Under the pieces are notes generated by a model. It saw only the letters and a program-made list of their open reading frames with translations, was not told the DNA's origin and did not search any database. Made by a program: the position numbers and the translations under genes. Shown here piece after piece: positions 18,239 through 26,850 of a stretch of DNA of 29,454 nt. Position 1 is the stretch's first letter; every line of letters begins with the position of its first letter. The DNA comes from Candidatus Thorarchaeota archaeon (GTDB lineage: Archaea; Asgardarchaeota; Thorarchaeia; Thorarchaeales; Thorarchaeaceae), in the NCBI GenBank assembly GCA_048882325.1, contig JBHLRS010000015.1, forward strand, positions 37,581 to 67,034, read 5' to 3'.

Positions 18239-19154
18239 ATTTGGCTGTTTCCTTCATATAGAGCTCTAATAGGTCGTTCATGAACTCATTGCTTTTGTGT
18301 ACAATCACCATCGGGTCTTCTGTAATAAATGCGAAGCGATAAGTCACTGCTGCAGTAGGCTTTGCCCACACAATGTATGTTGGACGTGTCAGGAAAATAC
18401 TCTCATATGCTACGCAAACCTTGTCGAAATGCTTCCTCATAGCCAGATGATCATGATTCATATGAATTGTTAAATCAAAGGTGTATCTGTACGCATCCAT
18501 ACCTGTTGCCATATCCTTGAGTCTATCTAAAGCATTGTCAATCTTGCGTATGTAGGACTGTTCCTCTCCTTCATCTATTGAGATCTGAACTTCTTCCTCT
18601 CGTGACTCGATTAACTCCTCCACGTCAACCCGGAAGTTAGTAACCTCACTACTGACTACCTTGCTATTAGGCACTAGCTGAACTGACTCATCAGACATGA
18701 GGACTCTAGTGTAGTTTAGAGTCACTTCTCTCACAACACCTTCCACTGACCCTATACGAACATAATCTCCTACTCGGAAAGGTCTAGCTGCTAACACATA
18801 CAACCCACTCACAATGTTTCCAAGGGCTTGAGAAAAGGCTAGACCTAATGCAGTCCCGAAAATTGCACTCAGTGATAGGATTGTGGCAACGTCAGCCTCG
18901 AAAGCGCTCACCACGATAATGACCGCAGCGACAAAGAATATCAGTCTGAGAACCATCACTATGCCTGTTGCCGCCTCCATCCCCATTCCCACTGCTCTAA
19001 GAGATCGTCTTGTTAGTCTCGTCACAATGAGGTAAATGAGCATCAGAACAACGAGTCCCATTATTAGCATGAAATATGGCAAAAACTGTTCCCAGTAGAA
19101 CTGAACGAAGCCGATTGGATCAACAAAGAAATCAGGGGGTGTTATAGCTTGCAT
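18231..19154 (-). CDS. mscS: Small-conductance mechanosensitive channel family protein
   Basis: Three TM segments, then GLAFSQALGNIVSG, RPFRVGDYV.IG..EG.V, VPNS...VTN. Convergent 8-bp overlap with trmO. Confidence 0.9.
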   Translation of the reverse strand: MQAITPPDFFVDPIGFVQFYWEQFLPYFMLIMGLVVLMLIYLIVTRLTRRSLRAVGMGMEAATGIVMVLRLIFFVAAVIIVVSAFEADVATILSLSAIFGTALGLAFSQALGNIVSGLYVLAARPFRVGDYVRIGSVEGVVREVTLNYTRVLMSDESVQLVPNSKVVSSEVTNFRVDVEELIESREEEVQISIDEGEEQSYIRKIDNALDRLKDMATGMDAYRYTFDLTIHMNHDHLAMRKHFDKVCVAYESIFLTRPTYIVWAKPTAAVTYRFAFITEDPMVIVHKSNEFMNDLLELYMKETAKSK

Positions 19155-19268
19155 AGCACATCAACACAAAGCCCAATCATCAGCTATTTGAATGATATCC
19201 CTAGTTTTTGGGTAGTTGCTTTTTCTACGCAGTTTTAATAGGTACTTTTCCTATTGTGCGATTTGGAC

Positions 19269-20369
19269 ATGACAGGCAGAATTACGTGGCGGAAACCGAG
19301 TTTACCATTTATCATCAAACTCTTAGTCGTACTTCTGTTTCCACTAAATGTGTATTCAGAAGGCCAATATTACAGTTGGGTTTCCATCCTCTTTTCCATC
19401 AGCAATTATCAATCTCTTCGCCTCACATCATTCTATGCATTAGTAGTTGCAATAGTCATTCTCTTCCCTGGTTTCCTGTTTGAGCGTAGGCTCAATTCAA
19501 AACCATTCTCAGAATCTGCACGGAAGTTGACGGTTGTTTGCTGCATACTAACTTGGTTCATCGGTGTCATCCTGATGTTGTTCTTGGGTCCATTATGGCT
19601 GTCTGACTTACTTTATTTCATTATTATGAGTACACCAAACCTCACTTTTGCCTTCTTCATCATTCTTCCGACGATTATGCGTGAATCAACAAAGAGAGGT
19701 ATTACGAAAGACCTCTGGTATCTTAGCTACGGCTTTGTTAGTGCAACTTTTCGGAAGAAGTTTCGTCGCACGAGAATCCTAACAGGTGTCCTGTGGTTTG
19801 GGCTAGTATTCTCTCCCTTCCTCTTGCGTTTCAACTGGGGATGGTATTCACCAACATTTCAATTCATATCGTTGATTTTGGCAGGTTCTGCATTTCTGTA
19901 TATTCCATGGCTTGGCGCTTTTGGCTTCCAACTCCTTATCACAGTCTTCCCTGCATTGTATATACCAGTCATAGCAGTGTTGTCCTCCGTCCGTATCATC
20001 TTTGTTCGAGATATCTTCAGGTACCAAAACAAACTTGTCACAAGATCTAGACTCATATCAGTTGCTCTGCTTGGAGAGCTTCTTCCCTCAGCTCTTGTCA
20101 CAACATTTTACCTGATAACAATTCCATCATCAGGTTTTGTTTCTTACCTATTATTCTACCCCACGCCCATTCTTCCTATTATCGGACTTATCTATGCTAA
20201 GCTAGATAAAATCCAACCTATTAAAGAAGAACTCTGGCCTGATTATGAACACCGAATGTGGTTTGAGAAGGAGCGAGAACCTTACACACCTCCTCCCGCA
20301 GAGGAATCGATCAAGGTACCGTTGACATACCTTCTCATTTCCCAGATCAGAAAACGTCGAAATGGATAG
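19269..20369 (+). CDS. Hypothetical polytopic membrane protein (about 8 TM)
   Basis: Long hydrophobic ORF filling the gap between mscS and eutA, with a charged C-terminal tail. ATG 19269 preferred over GTG 19254. Confidence 0.75.
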   Translation: MTGRITWRKPSLPFIIKLLVVLLFPLNVYSEGQYYSWVSILFSISNYQSLRLTSFYALVVAIVILFPGFLFERRLNSKPFSESARKLTVVCCILTWFIGVILMLFLGPLWLSDLLYFIIMSTPNLTFAFFIILPTIMRESTKRGITKDLWYLSYGFVSATFRKKFRRTRILTGVLWFGLVFSPFLLRFNWGWYSPTFQFISLILAGSAFLYIPWLGAFGFQLLITVFPALYIPVIAVLSSVRIIFVRDIFRYQNKLVTRSRLISVALLGELLPSALVTTFYLITIPSSGFVSYLLFYPTPILPIIGLIYAKLDKIQPIKEELWPDYEHRMWFEKEREPYTPPPAEESIKVPLTYLLISQIRKRRNG

Positions 20370-20377
20370 GGGTTGGT

Positions 20378-21829
20378 TCAATCAGAATCAAACACTAAGG
20401 TCTTAATTACTACTGGAACAACAACATCCTCGATGATTGGTTCTCCTATGTCCACGAAGTCTCCTTCTTTAAGTCGAATCTCATCTATCGAGAGTAATTC
20501 GTTTGTAACTCCGGTTTCGCGTTTCATGACATTACCAACACTATTCCCAATATCAGCATCGAAGCACATGAAGATTGGTGCTTTGCTATTGATGGAGTTC
20601 GGCAATGCACTGACAACTCCTGTTGCGAACTCTGTGAGATTCTCATATGATGGTCTAACAGAGTTGTTGAACGCCAAGATGAGAGGGTCCAACCCTTCAA
20701 TCAAATCGAACCTTGAAAGTGCACTCTCTATGGCCCTCCTGACATCATCAGCTGAGGGTTTTCTTGTTCCAATGAATGGTTCGATTACGGGTAGATTTCG
20801 TAGTGGATATTTAAGACCCGAAGTGAGAAAGGTTGTAGATCCACTTACTTGAAGGCTAAAGTTTCCAGCTCCAATCACAGTTGCACGTATCCTGTGCTCG
20901 GGCTTACCAATTGGCAAGCTTGCATCCTCTGCTTTCTTCATGATTGCTTGTGCTAGGAAGACACCGAGGTCATTGAACTCACGTTCCTCGCTGTTGTAGA
21001 TGTATTCTGCAACACCGCCGGAGAATGTAAGGCTGTCAATCTTCTCATTGTAAATTAGTGGAGGTGCCATCATGAGCATCTTAGTTGTCTGGGACAACTG
21101 CTTCTGTTGGATACACTCCATGAGTGCTTCCGCTAATACATCCGCGAGTTTCATCTTGTCTGATTCTGAGATAATCTGACCTATCTCTAGATTGAGCCCG
21201 TTTGCTTTTGCTATATTCCTACCAGTATCTTCCAACCTCACGATGTGTTGATTCTCATCAATTGCAAGTAGCCGTCCTCCTACATTGATAGCAGTGGTTG
21301 CGACTACTCGACCCTCTTTGCATACAGCAATATTCGAAGATCCCCCGCCAATATCGACATTCATGATTGTTTCTTGAGTGTCAGCTGATTTTGTAACAGC
21401 GCCAGAACCATATGCTGCAAGAACTGATTCAAAGTTTGGTCCTGCTGTGGCTGCCACGAATTTCCCTGCCTCACCCGCTAGGGCACTGACAATCCACTCT
21501 GCATTCTCTTTCTTAGCTGTTTCGCCTGTGATGATGACTGCTCCCGTGTCGATATCCGAGACCTTGATTCCTGCTGTGTGGTAGTCATGAAGGAGTAGGT
21601 CTCTCAGTTGTTCAAAATCGATATTTCTATGGTCCCTAAAAGGAGTCAAATGTATTGGACCAGAATGGAGAATCTTGCGTTCCTTGACCTCGAACTTTTC
21701 GGTTCGGGAAGCTTCATCCTTCTCAAGTACAAGCTGACTGAACACGACATGTGAGGTTGATGAACCGATATCAACTCCCACACTAGTAAGTTCCTTTCGC
21801 TTTGTTTTGACAATCATGACCGTGTTCAC
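20378..21829 (-). CDS. eutA: Ethanolamine ammonia-lyase reactivating factor EutA-like ATPase (ASKHA fold)
   Basis: SVGVDIGSSTSHVVFS, TGAVIITGETAKKENA, AG.FVAATAGP..ES.LA..GSGA, DIGGG, NVGGRL, FSGGVA, IRATVIGAG, SIDEI...GDFVDIG.P....VVPVVIKTLVF. Confidence 0.92.
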   Translation of the reverse strand: MNTVMIVKTKRKELTSVGVDIGSSTSHVVFSQLVLEKDEASRTEKFEVKERKILHSGPIHLTPFRDHRNIDFEQLRDLLLHDYHTAGIKVSDIDTGAVIITGETAKKENAEWIVSALAGEAGKFVAATAGPNFESVLAAYGSGAVTKSADTQETIMNVDIGGGSSNIAVCKEGRVVATTAINVGGRLLAIDENQHIVRLEDTGRNIAKANGLNLEIGQIISESDKMKLADVLAEALMECIQQKQLSQTTKMLMMAPPLIYNEKIDSLTFSGGVAEYIYNSEEREFNDLGVFLAQAIMKKAEDASLPIGKPEHRIRATVIGAGNFSLQVSGSTTFLTSGLKYPLRNLPVIEPFIGTRKPSADDVRRAIESALSRFDLIEGLDPLILAFNNSVRPSYENLTEFATGVVSALPNSINSKAPIFMCFDADIGNSVGNVMKRETGVTNELLSIDEIRLKEGDFVDIGEPIIEDVVVPVVIKTLVFDSD

Positions 21830-21947
21830 CGTGGAAATGTAACGTGCGCGACGATAATCCTCCTTTTAGGTTTACTATAGCGTGCAATATTCATGGAATG
21901 TTATAGCCTTTATTAGAGCCACATTAGTTTTGTTTAATTCTTAATGG

Positions 21948-22307
21948 TTAACCTTGGTGAGGAGTGAGTCTACTTTGGTCAAGTCTTTTCTTCTCTTCTA
22001 AAGTAAACGATGCTAGATGTTCTTGAACATAAGCTCTTTTCATCTCATGGATGAATACTGTTCCAATTGATGGTTCATTTGCGATGATCTCTTTCACCTG
22101 CTCCTCTGGCAATTCACCATCAAACCAGTACTGACCACCACTTGGTGACATCGGGATGGCTGCAAATAAGTTTCCATCGTCAGCGTGTCTATTAATGAAG
22201 CTAAAATGCCCTTTCATTAGTCCCTCATGTCTTTCATCCTCATTATCCCACTTCGGATTGATCTTCAGATAGACCCACCAATACTCTTTGAATTTCATAT
22301 CGTTCAT
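21948..22307 (-). CDS. YciI-like small protein
   Basis: Pattern Y...L...H..F......G.L..A.P...GG......EP resembles YciI (dimeric alpha-beta barrel). Start uncertain (22298, 22307 or 22331). Confidence 0.5.
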   Translation of the reverse strand: MNDMKFKEYWWVYLKINPKWDNEDERHEGLMKGHFSFINRHADDGNLFAAIPMSPSGGQYWFDGELPEEQVKEIIANEPSIGTVFIHEMKRAYVQEHLASFTLEEKKRLDQSRLTPHQG

Positions 22308-22496
22308 AGAATAGAAACCTGCTGACAACACTCATAGATTTTGCCCATTATAGAATAGAAACAATAGTTTCCTGGTTTCCATCCACTCCCCGCAGAAATG
22401 CATGTGATCCCTGTTTCGATGATCTGTTTTAACAATAGTAGATGTCTATCGTTTAATTCATATTGTCCTTCTATATTGTTTGATTCGGAGAGAGCT

Positions 22497-23009
22497 ATGG
22501 ACACGATTAAAGCAATACGCGAGAGAAGAAGTATTAGGAAATATCTAGCTGACGATGTGGATGATGAAGCACTGGAAACCATCCTGCAAGCAGGCAGATG
22601 GGCTCCTTCAGCATCCAACAAGCAACCATGGCATTTCATAATCATCAAGGACGCTAACATGAGAAAGAAACTTGCTGAAATCCACAACTATGGACGATTC
22701 ATGCGAGAATCACCTGTAGTGATTGTTGTACTTGGAGACCCCTCAAAACACCACCGGTATCACCTAGCTGACCCGCATCAAGCAGTTCAAAACATGCTAC
22801 TAGCAGCTTATTCATTAGGTCTGTCAACTTGTTGGATGGGAGTCAGAGACACTGACTTAGAGCCGCAATTCAGAGATGCACTTGATATTCCAGAAAATTT
22901 GAGAGTTATCTGTTCGGTATCACTTGGTCATGGTGACCAAGAACGAACAAGTTCCAGATTCCCACTTGAAGAGATCGCTTCTTGGGAAAAATATGGTGGC
23001 AAGAAATAG
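22497..23009 (+). CDS. Nitroreductase family flavoprotein
   Basis: MDTIKAIRERRSIRKY, APSASNKQPWHF, QNMLLAAYSLGLSTCW. ATG 22497 (preceded by GGAG) preferred over 22398. Confidence 0.93.
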   Translation: MDTIKAIRERRSIRKYLADDVDDEALETILQAGRWAPSASNKQPWHFIIIKDANMRKKLAEIHNYGRFMRESPVVIVVLGDPSKHHRYHLADPHQAVQNMLLAAYSLGLSTCWMGVRDTDLEPQFRDALDIPENLRVICSVSLGHGDQERTSSRFPLEEIASWEKYGGKK

Positions 23010-23018
23010 GTGTGATCG

Positions 23019-23423
23019 ATGTCTGGTGAAACCAATCTTGACACTCTATTGAAACATATGAAACCAGTAGTTCAAGATGGCGAGTATGTATTCTGCGTAG
23101 TTTCTGAGAATAAACTGGAAGAGATAGAAACCCCAAAGATGATCTTCAGAGAACCTGAGGGAACAACTGTCATAGTTACGAAGGATATAGCTGAACGGAA
23201 CAGTCTGGATTATAGCTCATCCTGGGGGCTCATCACTCTCTCTATTCATTCTGCCTTAGAGGCAGAGGGATTTCTTGCCGCGATTACAGCGTATCTGGCA
23301 AAATCCAAGATTAGTGTGAATGCAGTGTCTGCATACTATCATGACCATTTGTTCGTTCCATATTCAAAGGTTCAGGATGCTCTACAAATTCTCGAGCGAA
23401 TTCCAGATACTCTAGAATCTTGA
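23019..23423 (+). CDS. ACT-domain protein (DUF2241/ACT_3-ACT_7-like)
   Basis: MSGETNL..LL..M.P....EYVFC, FRE.EG.T, ITL..HS.LEA.GF.A, S.N.VSAYYHDHLFVP. Confidence 0.88.
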   Translation: MSGETNLDTLLKHMKPVVQDGEYVFCVVSENKLEEIETPKMIFREPEGTTVIVTKDIAERNSLDYSSSWGLITLSIHSALEAEGFLAAITAYLAKSKISVNAVSAYYHDHLFVPYSKVQDALQILERIPDTLES

Positions 23424-23530
23424 TTTTTTCATACACAAGTCTTTTTCCAAACCTCTGAAGTTACTAACGATGTATGTGTAACTCTTCCAGTTGGCTGAAC
23501 CTGTCATTTCTGAACCACATACTTACTGAT

Positions 23531-23624
23531 GTACGCCCAACAAATGGGTATTGGAAGGAGGGAGGCAAGAGCCAGCTCCTTCCATCAGATCTTTAATTGG
23601 TCTATCGATTACCTCTTCATGATG
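23531..23624. repeat. Copy A of a diverged ~95-bp direct repeat containing hairpin TGGAAGGAG-N15-CTCCTTCCA (23552-23584)
   Basis: Hand alignment to 26851-26946 (see findings). Lies at and just past the stop codon of the LVIVD gene. Confidence 0.65.
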
Positions 23625-26600
23625 GTTTACGTTTCATGAAGACCACAATGATTACAATGATGACTACAGCCCCGAGTCCACCTAGAATGAGCGCCATGGT
23701 GCCAAGGTTCGGAGGCGCACTAGTAGTAGGTGTAGTGGTAGGCGTTGTGGGTGAAGTGGTAGTAGTGGGTGTAGTTATTTGCTGCTCCTGGACCGTGACT
23801 GAGAACTCACCACTCAGAACATTGTCATATGTATCATTCACCTGCACCTGAAGACCATATACGCCGGCTGTAAGGGGAGTCGTGTTGGTGATTACACCAA
23901 AGGAATCAATAGCGAAATGAGCCGTGTCATTGATCCACCAGCTGCTGATACCCGTTAACGCTGAAGCATTCAGGTCATAACGGAAAGGCGCAAGGAACTC
24001 GACCACCTTGTTGGTGGGCGTCTGATCCCATGTAGGACCAGTGGTATCAATTGTCATGATCCATGGTGAAGAAAAGAGGCTCAGGACACCATCTGTGTCA
24101 TTCACAGCAACTCTCCAGTACCAGACGCCATCTGGAAGCACTAGCGCAGTGCAGTTCTTCCAACCTACAGGCACGGTGATATTGACCAAGTTAATCGAAT
24201 CGAAGGTCGTTACCGTGTCCAGCTGGACTAGATAGCTCACGCCAACATAGATATCAGTCCATTGCAGGAGCGGCGTATTGTCACCTACATATTGTCCATT
24301 TGATGGTGAAGTCAGCGAGGGTGCATCAAGTCTGACACTATATGCAATACTCAAACTAGACAACACCGGGGTCTGATTCCACTGGGTCGTCGAAAAGACA
24401 GCACGCCAGCAGAGCTGGTTGCCGCTGTTCACAAAGTTATGCTGGACTCCTGGGGTGACAGGCTCCCAGTGCAGCCCATCATCCGCTGATAGATAGTATG
24501 TAGTTGAAGTGTTGAGTGACTGAGTCTCGGTCACTTGCAGTGTGGCATGGATTAGTGAATATCCTTGGTTGACTGCGACCGATTGAGCCATGGCAGAGGA
24601 TGCATATTCGCGACAGAGATTCCGCTGCACCTCTATCACCCGCAGCCCCAAACCTCGAACGGCGCCATAGACATAGTCACCGCTCACATAAACACCATTC
24701 AAAGCACCAGGAGATGTTTCATACTCACCTGCCAGTGACGGATGTGCAGGATCGGTGATGTTCACCACCTTCAAGCCTGAACTAAAATCAGCGACATAGG
24801 CATAGTCACCGCTCACATAGACGTTAACCGCAGTGGCAGTAGTATAGTTACCAGCCAAGGTGGGATGTGCAGGGTCGGTGATGTTGACCACCTGCAGCCC
24901 TGAATCATAATCAGCGACATAGGCATAGTTACCACTCACATACACCCCATACGCCGTAGAAGGAGTAGCACAGGTAGTAACAGTAGTGGGGTTAGTGGGG
25001 TCAGTGATGTTGACCACATCCAACCCTGAATTACTAGCGACATAGGCATAGTCACCGTTAACATACACACCATGCGCACCACTGGAGGGCATCTGGTAAC
25101 CTATAACAATGGGATCAGTGGGGTCCGTGATGTTGAACACCCAAAAATTGCCCGTTTGATCAACTGCATAGGCACAGCCACCACTTACATAAACTCCTTG
25201 GAAATTATTGCCACCGCTAAAGCGACCCACCACCGAGGGGTGAGTTGGATCGGTGATGTTAACCACAACCACGTACGTTCCAAAGTCACCAGCGATATAG
25301 GCATAGTCACCGCTCACATACACATCATACGCCATGCCAACAGCAGTATTCTCAGCAACCATAAAGGGATGAGCTGGGTCAGTGATGTTGACCACTTGCA
25401 GCCCCCTAGTGTAAGCAGCGATATAGGCAAAATCACCGCTCACGTATACATCATATGCGAGTCCAGCAAGAGGATTAGTATCGGCACCAGCCAACGAAGG
25501 TGGAATAGAGTTGGCGATTTTGACTACCTTCAGTCCTGAACCACCATCAGCAACATAGGCATACTCACCGCTAACATACACTCCCCCCGCATATGTAGTA
25601 GCACAGAAACCAGCCAGTGACGGATGTGCAGGATTGGTGATGTTCACTACCTCAAGACTTGATAAATCAGCAACATAGGCATAATCACCGCTCACATAGA
25701 CATCCACCGAATTACCTGGAGTGTCACTGGAACCTACCAACATCGGATGTGTCGGGTCAGTGATGTTCACTACCTGTAGCCCTGAAGTATAAGCAGCGAT
25801 ATAGGCATAGTCACCACTCACATACACCTCACGTGAATTGCCAGCAATAGCACCGGAACCAGCCAATGACGGATGTGTGGGGTCGGTTATATTGATCACA
25901 TTCAGCGTTGAGTATACATTAGTGACGTACGCATAGTCACCGCTTACATAGACTCCAGTTGCACCATTAATGCTGTATGAACCAGCCAGCGACGGATGTG
26001 TAGGATCTGTGATATTCACCACCTTCAAGCCTGAACTAAAATCAGAGACATAGGCATAGTCGCCACTCACATATACTCCAAATGGATTACTAGTAGCAAA
26101 GGAACCAGCCAGTGACGGATGTGCAGGGTCGGTGATGTTCACCACCTTCAAGTCTGAACCACCATCAGCGACATAGGCATAGTCGCCACTCACATACACT
26201 CGCTGCGCATTACTAGTAGGACAAGAACCAGCCAGCGACGGATGTGCAGGGTCGATGATGTTCACCACCAAGAGCCCTAAATTCCCACCAGCGACAAACG
26301 CATAGTCACCACTCACATATACTCCCCACGCGTTATTAGTAGCAAAGGAACCAGCGACGAAAGGATTCTTATGCGACAGGGTCAAATTGCCTGTTCCCCA
26401 GCCGGAGGTAGTCGAGTTGGCCGCATCCATGTAAGTAGTAGAGGTGAAGTCCTCAGTATAGACCTCATCTGCAGCTACTGCGAAATCTCCTCGCTGCGTG
26501 GTTGGATTTCTCGGTTCGGTCACAGACGTGTTTTGACTGACTGTTCGAACCGGATTACTGTTTATCGAAATCGGAACTTCGATAATCATCAATATAAAAA

Positions 26601-26646
26601 ATGTCAGCAGAACGATTTGCTGAGCCTTGCTCCATCCCAGTTTCAT
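23617..26646 (-). CDS. Cell-surface protein: N-terminal hydrophobic signal, 14 LVIVD repeats, Ig/Fn3-like domains, Thr/Pro stalk, C-terminal TM anchor
   Basis: Repeat consensus VYVSGDYAYVAD..SGL.VVNITDP.HP.LAG. APSLTSP.NG...P.L.W...WYWRV is Fn3/Ig-like. TTPTTTTSPTTPTTTPTT stalk, then a TM segment followed by KRK. Confidence 0.9.
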   Translation of the reverse strand: MKLGWSKAQQIVLLTFFILMIIEVPISINSNPVRTVSQNTSVTEPRNPTTQRGDFAVAADEVYTEDFTSTTYMDAANSTTSGWGTGNLTLSHKNPFVAGSFATNNAWGVYVSGDYAFVAGGNLGLLVVNIIDPAHPSLAGSCPTSNAQRVYVSGDYAYVADGGSDLKVVNITDPAHPSLAGSFATSNPFGVYVSGDYAYVSDFSSGLKVVNITDPTHPSLAGSYSINGATGVYVSGDYAYVTNVYSTLNVINITDPTHPSLAGSGAIAGNSREVYVSGDYAYIAAYTSGLQVVNITDPTHPMLVGSSDTPGNSVDVYVSGDYAYVADLSSLEVVNITNPAHPSLAGFCATTYAGGVYVSGEYAYVADGGSGLKVVKIANSIPPSLAGADTNPLAGLAYDVYVSGDFAYIAAYTRGLQVVNITDPAHPFMVAENTAVGMAYDVYVSGDYAYIAGDFGTYVVVVNITDPTHPSVVGRFSGGNNFQGVYVSGGCAYAVDQTGNFWVFNITDPTDPIVIGYQMPSSGAHGVYVNGDYAYVASNSGLDVVNITDPTNPTTVTTCATPSTAYGVYVSGNYAYVADYDSGLQVVNITDPAHPTLAGNYTTATAVNVYVSGDYAYVADFSSGLKVVNITDPAHPSLAGEYETSPGALNGVYVSGDYVYGAVRGLGLRVIEVQRNLCREYASSAMAQSVAVNQGYSLIHATLQVTETQSLNTSTTYYLSADDGLHWEPVTPGVQHNFVNSGNQLCWRAVFSTTQWNQTPVLSSLSIAYSVRLDAPSLTSPSNGQYVGDNTPLLQWTDIYVGVSYLVQLDTVTTFDSINLVNITVPVGWKNCTALVLPDGVWYWRVAVNDTDGVLSLFSSPWIMTIDTTGPTWDQTPTNKVVEFLAPFRYDLNASALTGISSWWINDTAHFAIDSFGVITNTTPLTAGVYGLQVQVNDTYDNVLSGEFSVTVQEQQITTPTTTTSPTTPTTTPTTSAPPNLGTMALILGGLGAVVIIVIIVVFMKRKPS
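24619..26334 (-). repeat. 14 tandem intragenic LVIVD repeats (about 40-43 aa, ~120-129 bp each)
   Basis: Counted in the translation and visible at DNA level (recurring 'acataggcatagtc' and 'gtgatgtt' blocks). Confidence 0.92.
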
Positions 26647-26694
26647 GTAGTTTCCATCTTCTTCTATATCTTAGACAGCTTCATTGAAATCCAA

Positions 26695-26710
26695 ATTGAT
26701 GGTCATCAAT
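26695..26710. promoter_or_regulatory. Perfect 7-2-7 inverted repeat ATTGATG-GT-CATCAAT upstream of the LVIVD gene
   Basis: Seen directly, about 50-65 bp upstream of the 26646 start. Confidence 0.5.
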
Positions 26711-26850
26711 GTATAGTACGCACCACGCGACACATATCAAGCGACCCACATCAGGAGCAAAGGTAGATATTAAGGATGTGCTATATAACCAGGGCGGGAT
26801 ACTCATTTCGATTGGCAATTCTCTCGTTTCTGTACTCGATGCCCAATCAC

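Noticed and set aside
1304-20101. Numerous 60-120-aa ORFs nested in or antisense to the main genes
   Set aside because: Each overlaps a motif-supported CDS and has atypical composition.
20373-20852. 159-aa plus-strand ORF
   Set aside because: Antisense shadow of the well-supported eutA, with no recognisable motifs.
22306-22362. Degenerate CRISPR mini-array (repeat ends in GAAAC)
   Set aside because: Only two 13-bp copies with a 44-bp period, too short for a repeat-spacer unit; no cas genes.
22304-22687. 127-aa minus-strand ORF
   Set aside because: Largely antisense to the nitroreductase; no independent support.
23421-23584. SECIS element with selenocysteine readthrough of the ACT gene TGA
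   Set aside because: The ACT protein is already full length, the readthrough peptide is unremarkable and soon stops, the hairpin lacks a clear AUGA/GA core, and G-U evidence favours the minus strand.
23535-23631. Integron attC site (GCCCAAC at 23535-23541 fits RYYYAAC / GTTRRRY)
   Set aside because: No complementary R box is placed symmetrically around the hairpin, copy B lacks the AAC/GTT core, and there is no integrase in the window.
24619-26334. CRISPR array or diversity-generating retroelement TR/VR pair
   Set aside because: The repeats are in-frame coding LVIVD units, differences are not adenine-specific, and there is no reverse transcriptase or cas gene.
25072-26766. Plus-strand ORFs 25072-25539 and 26371-26766 (also 23597-23851 and 24041-24235)
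   Set aside because: Antisense shadows of the repetitive, GC-richer LVIVD gene.
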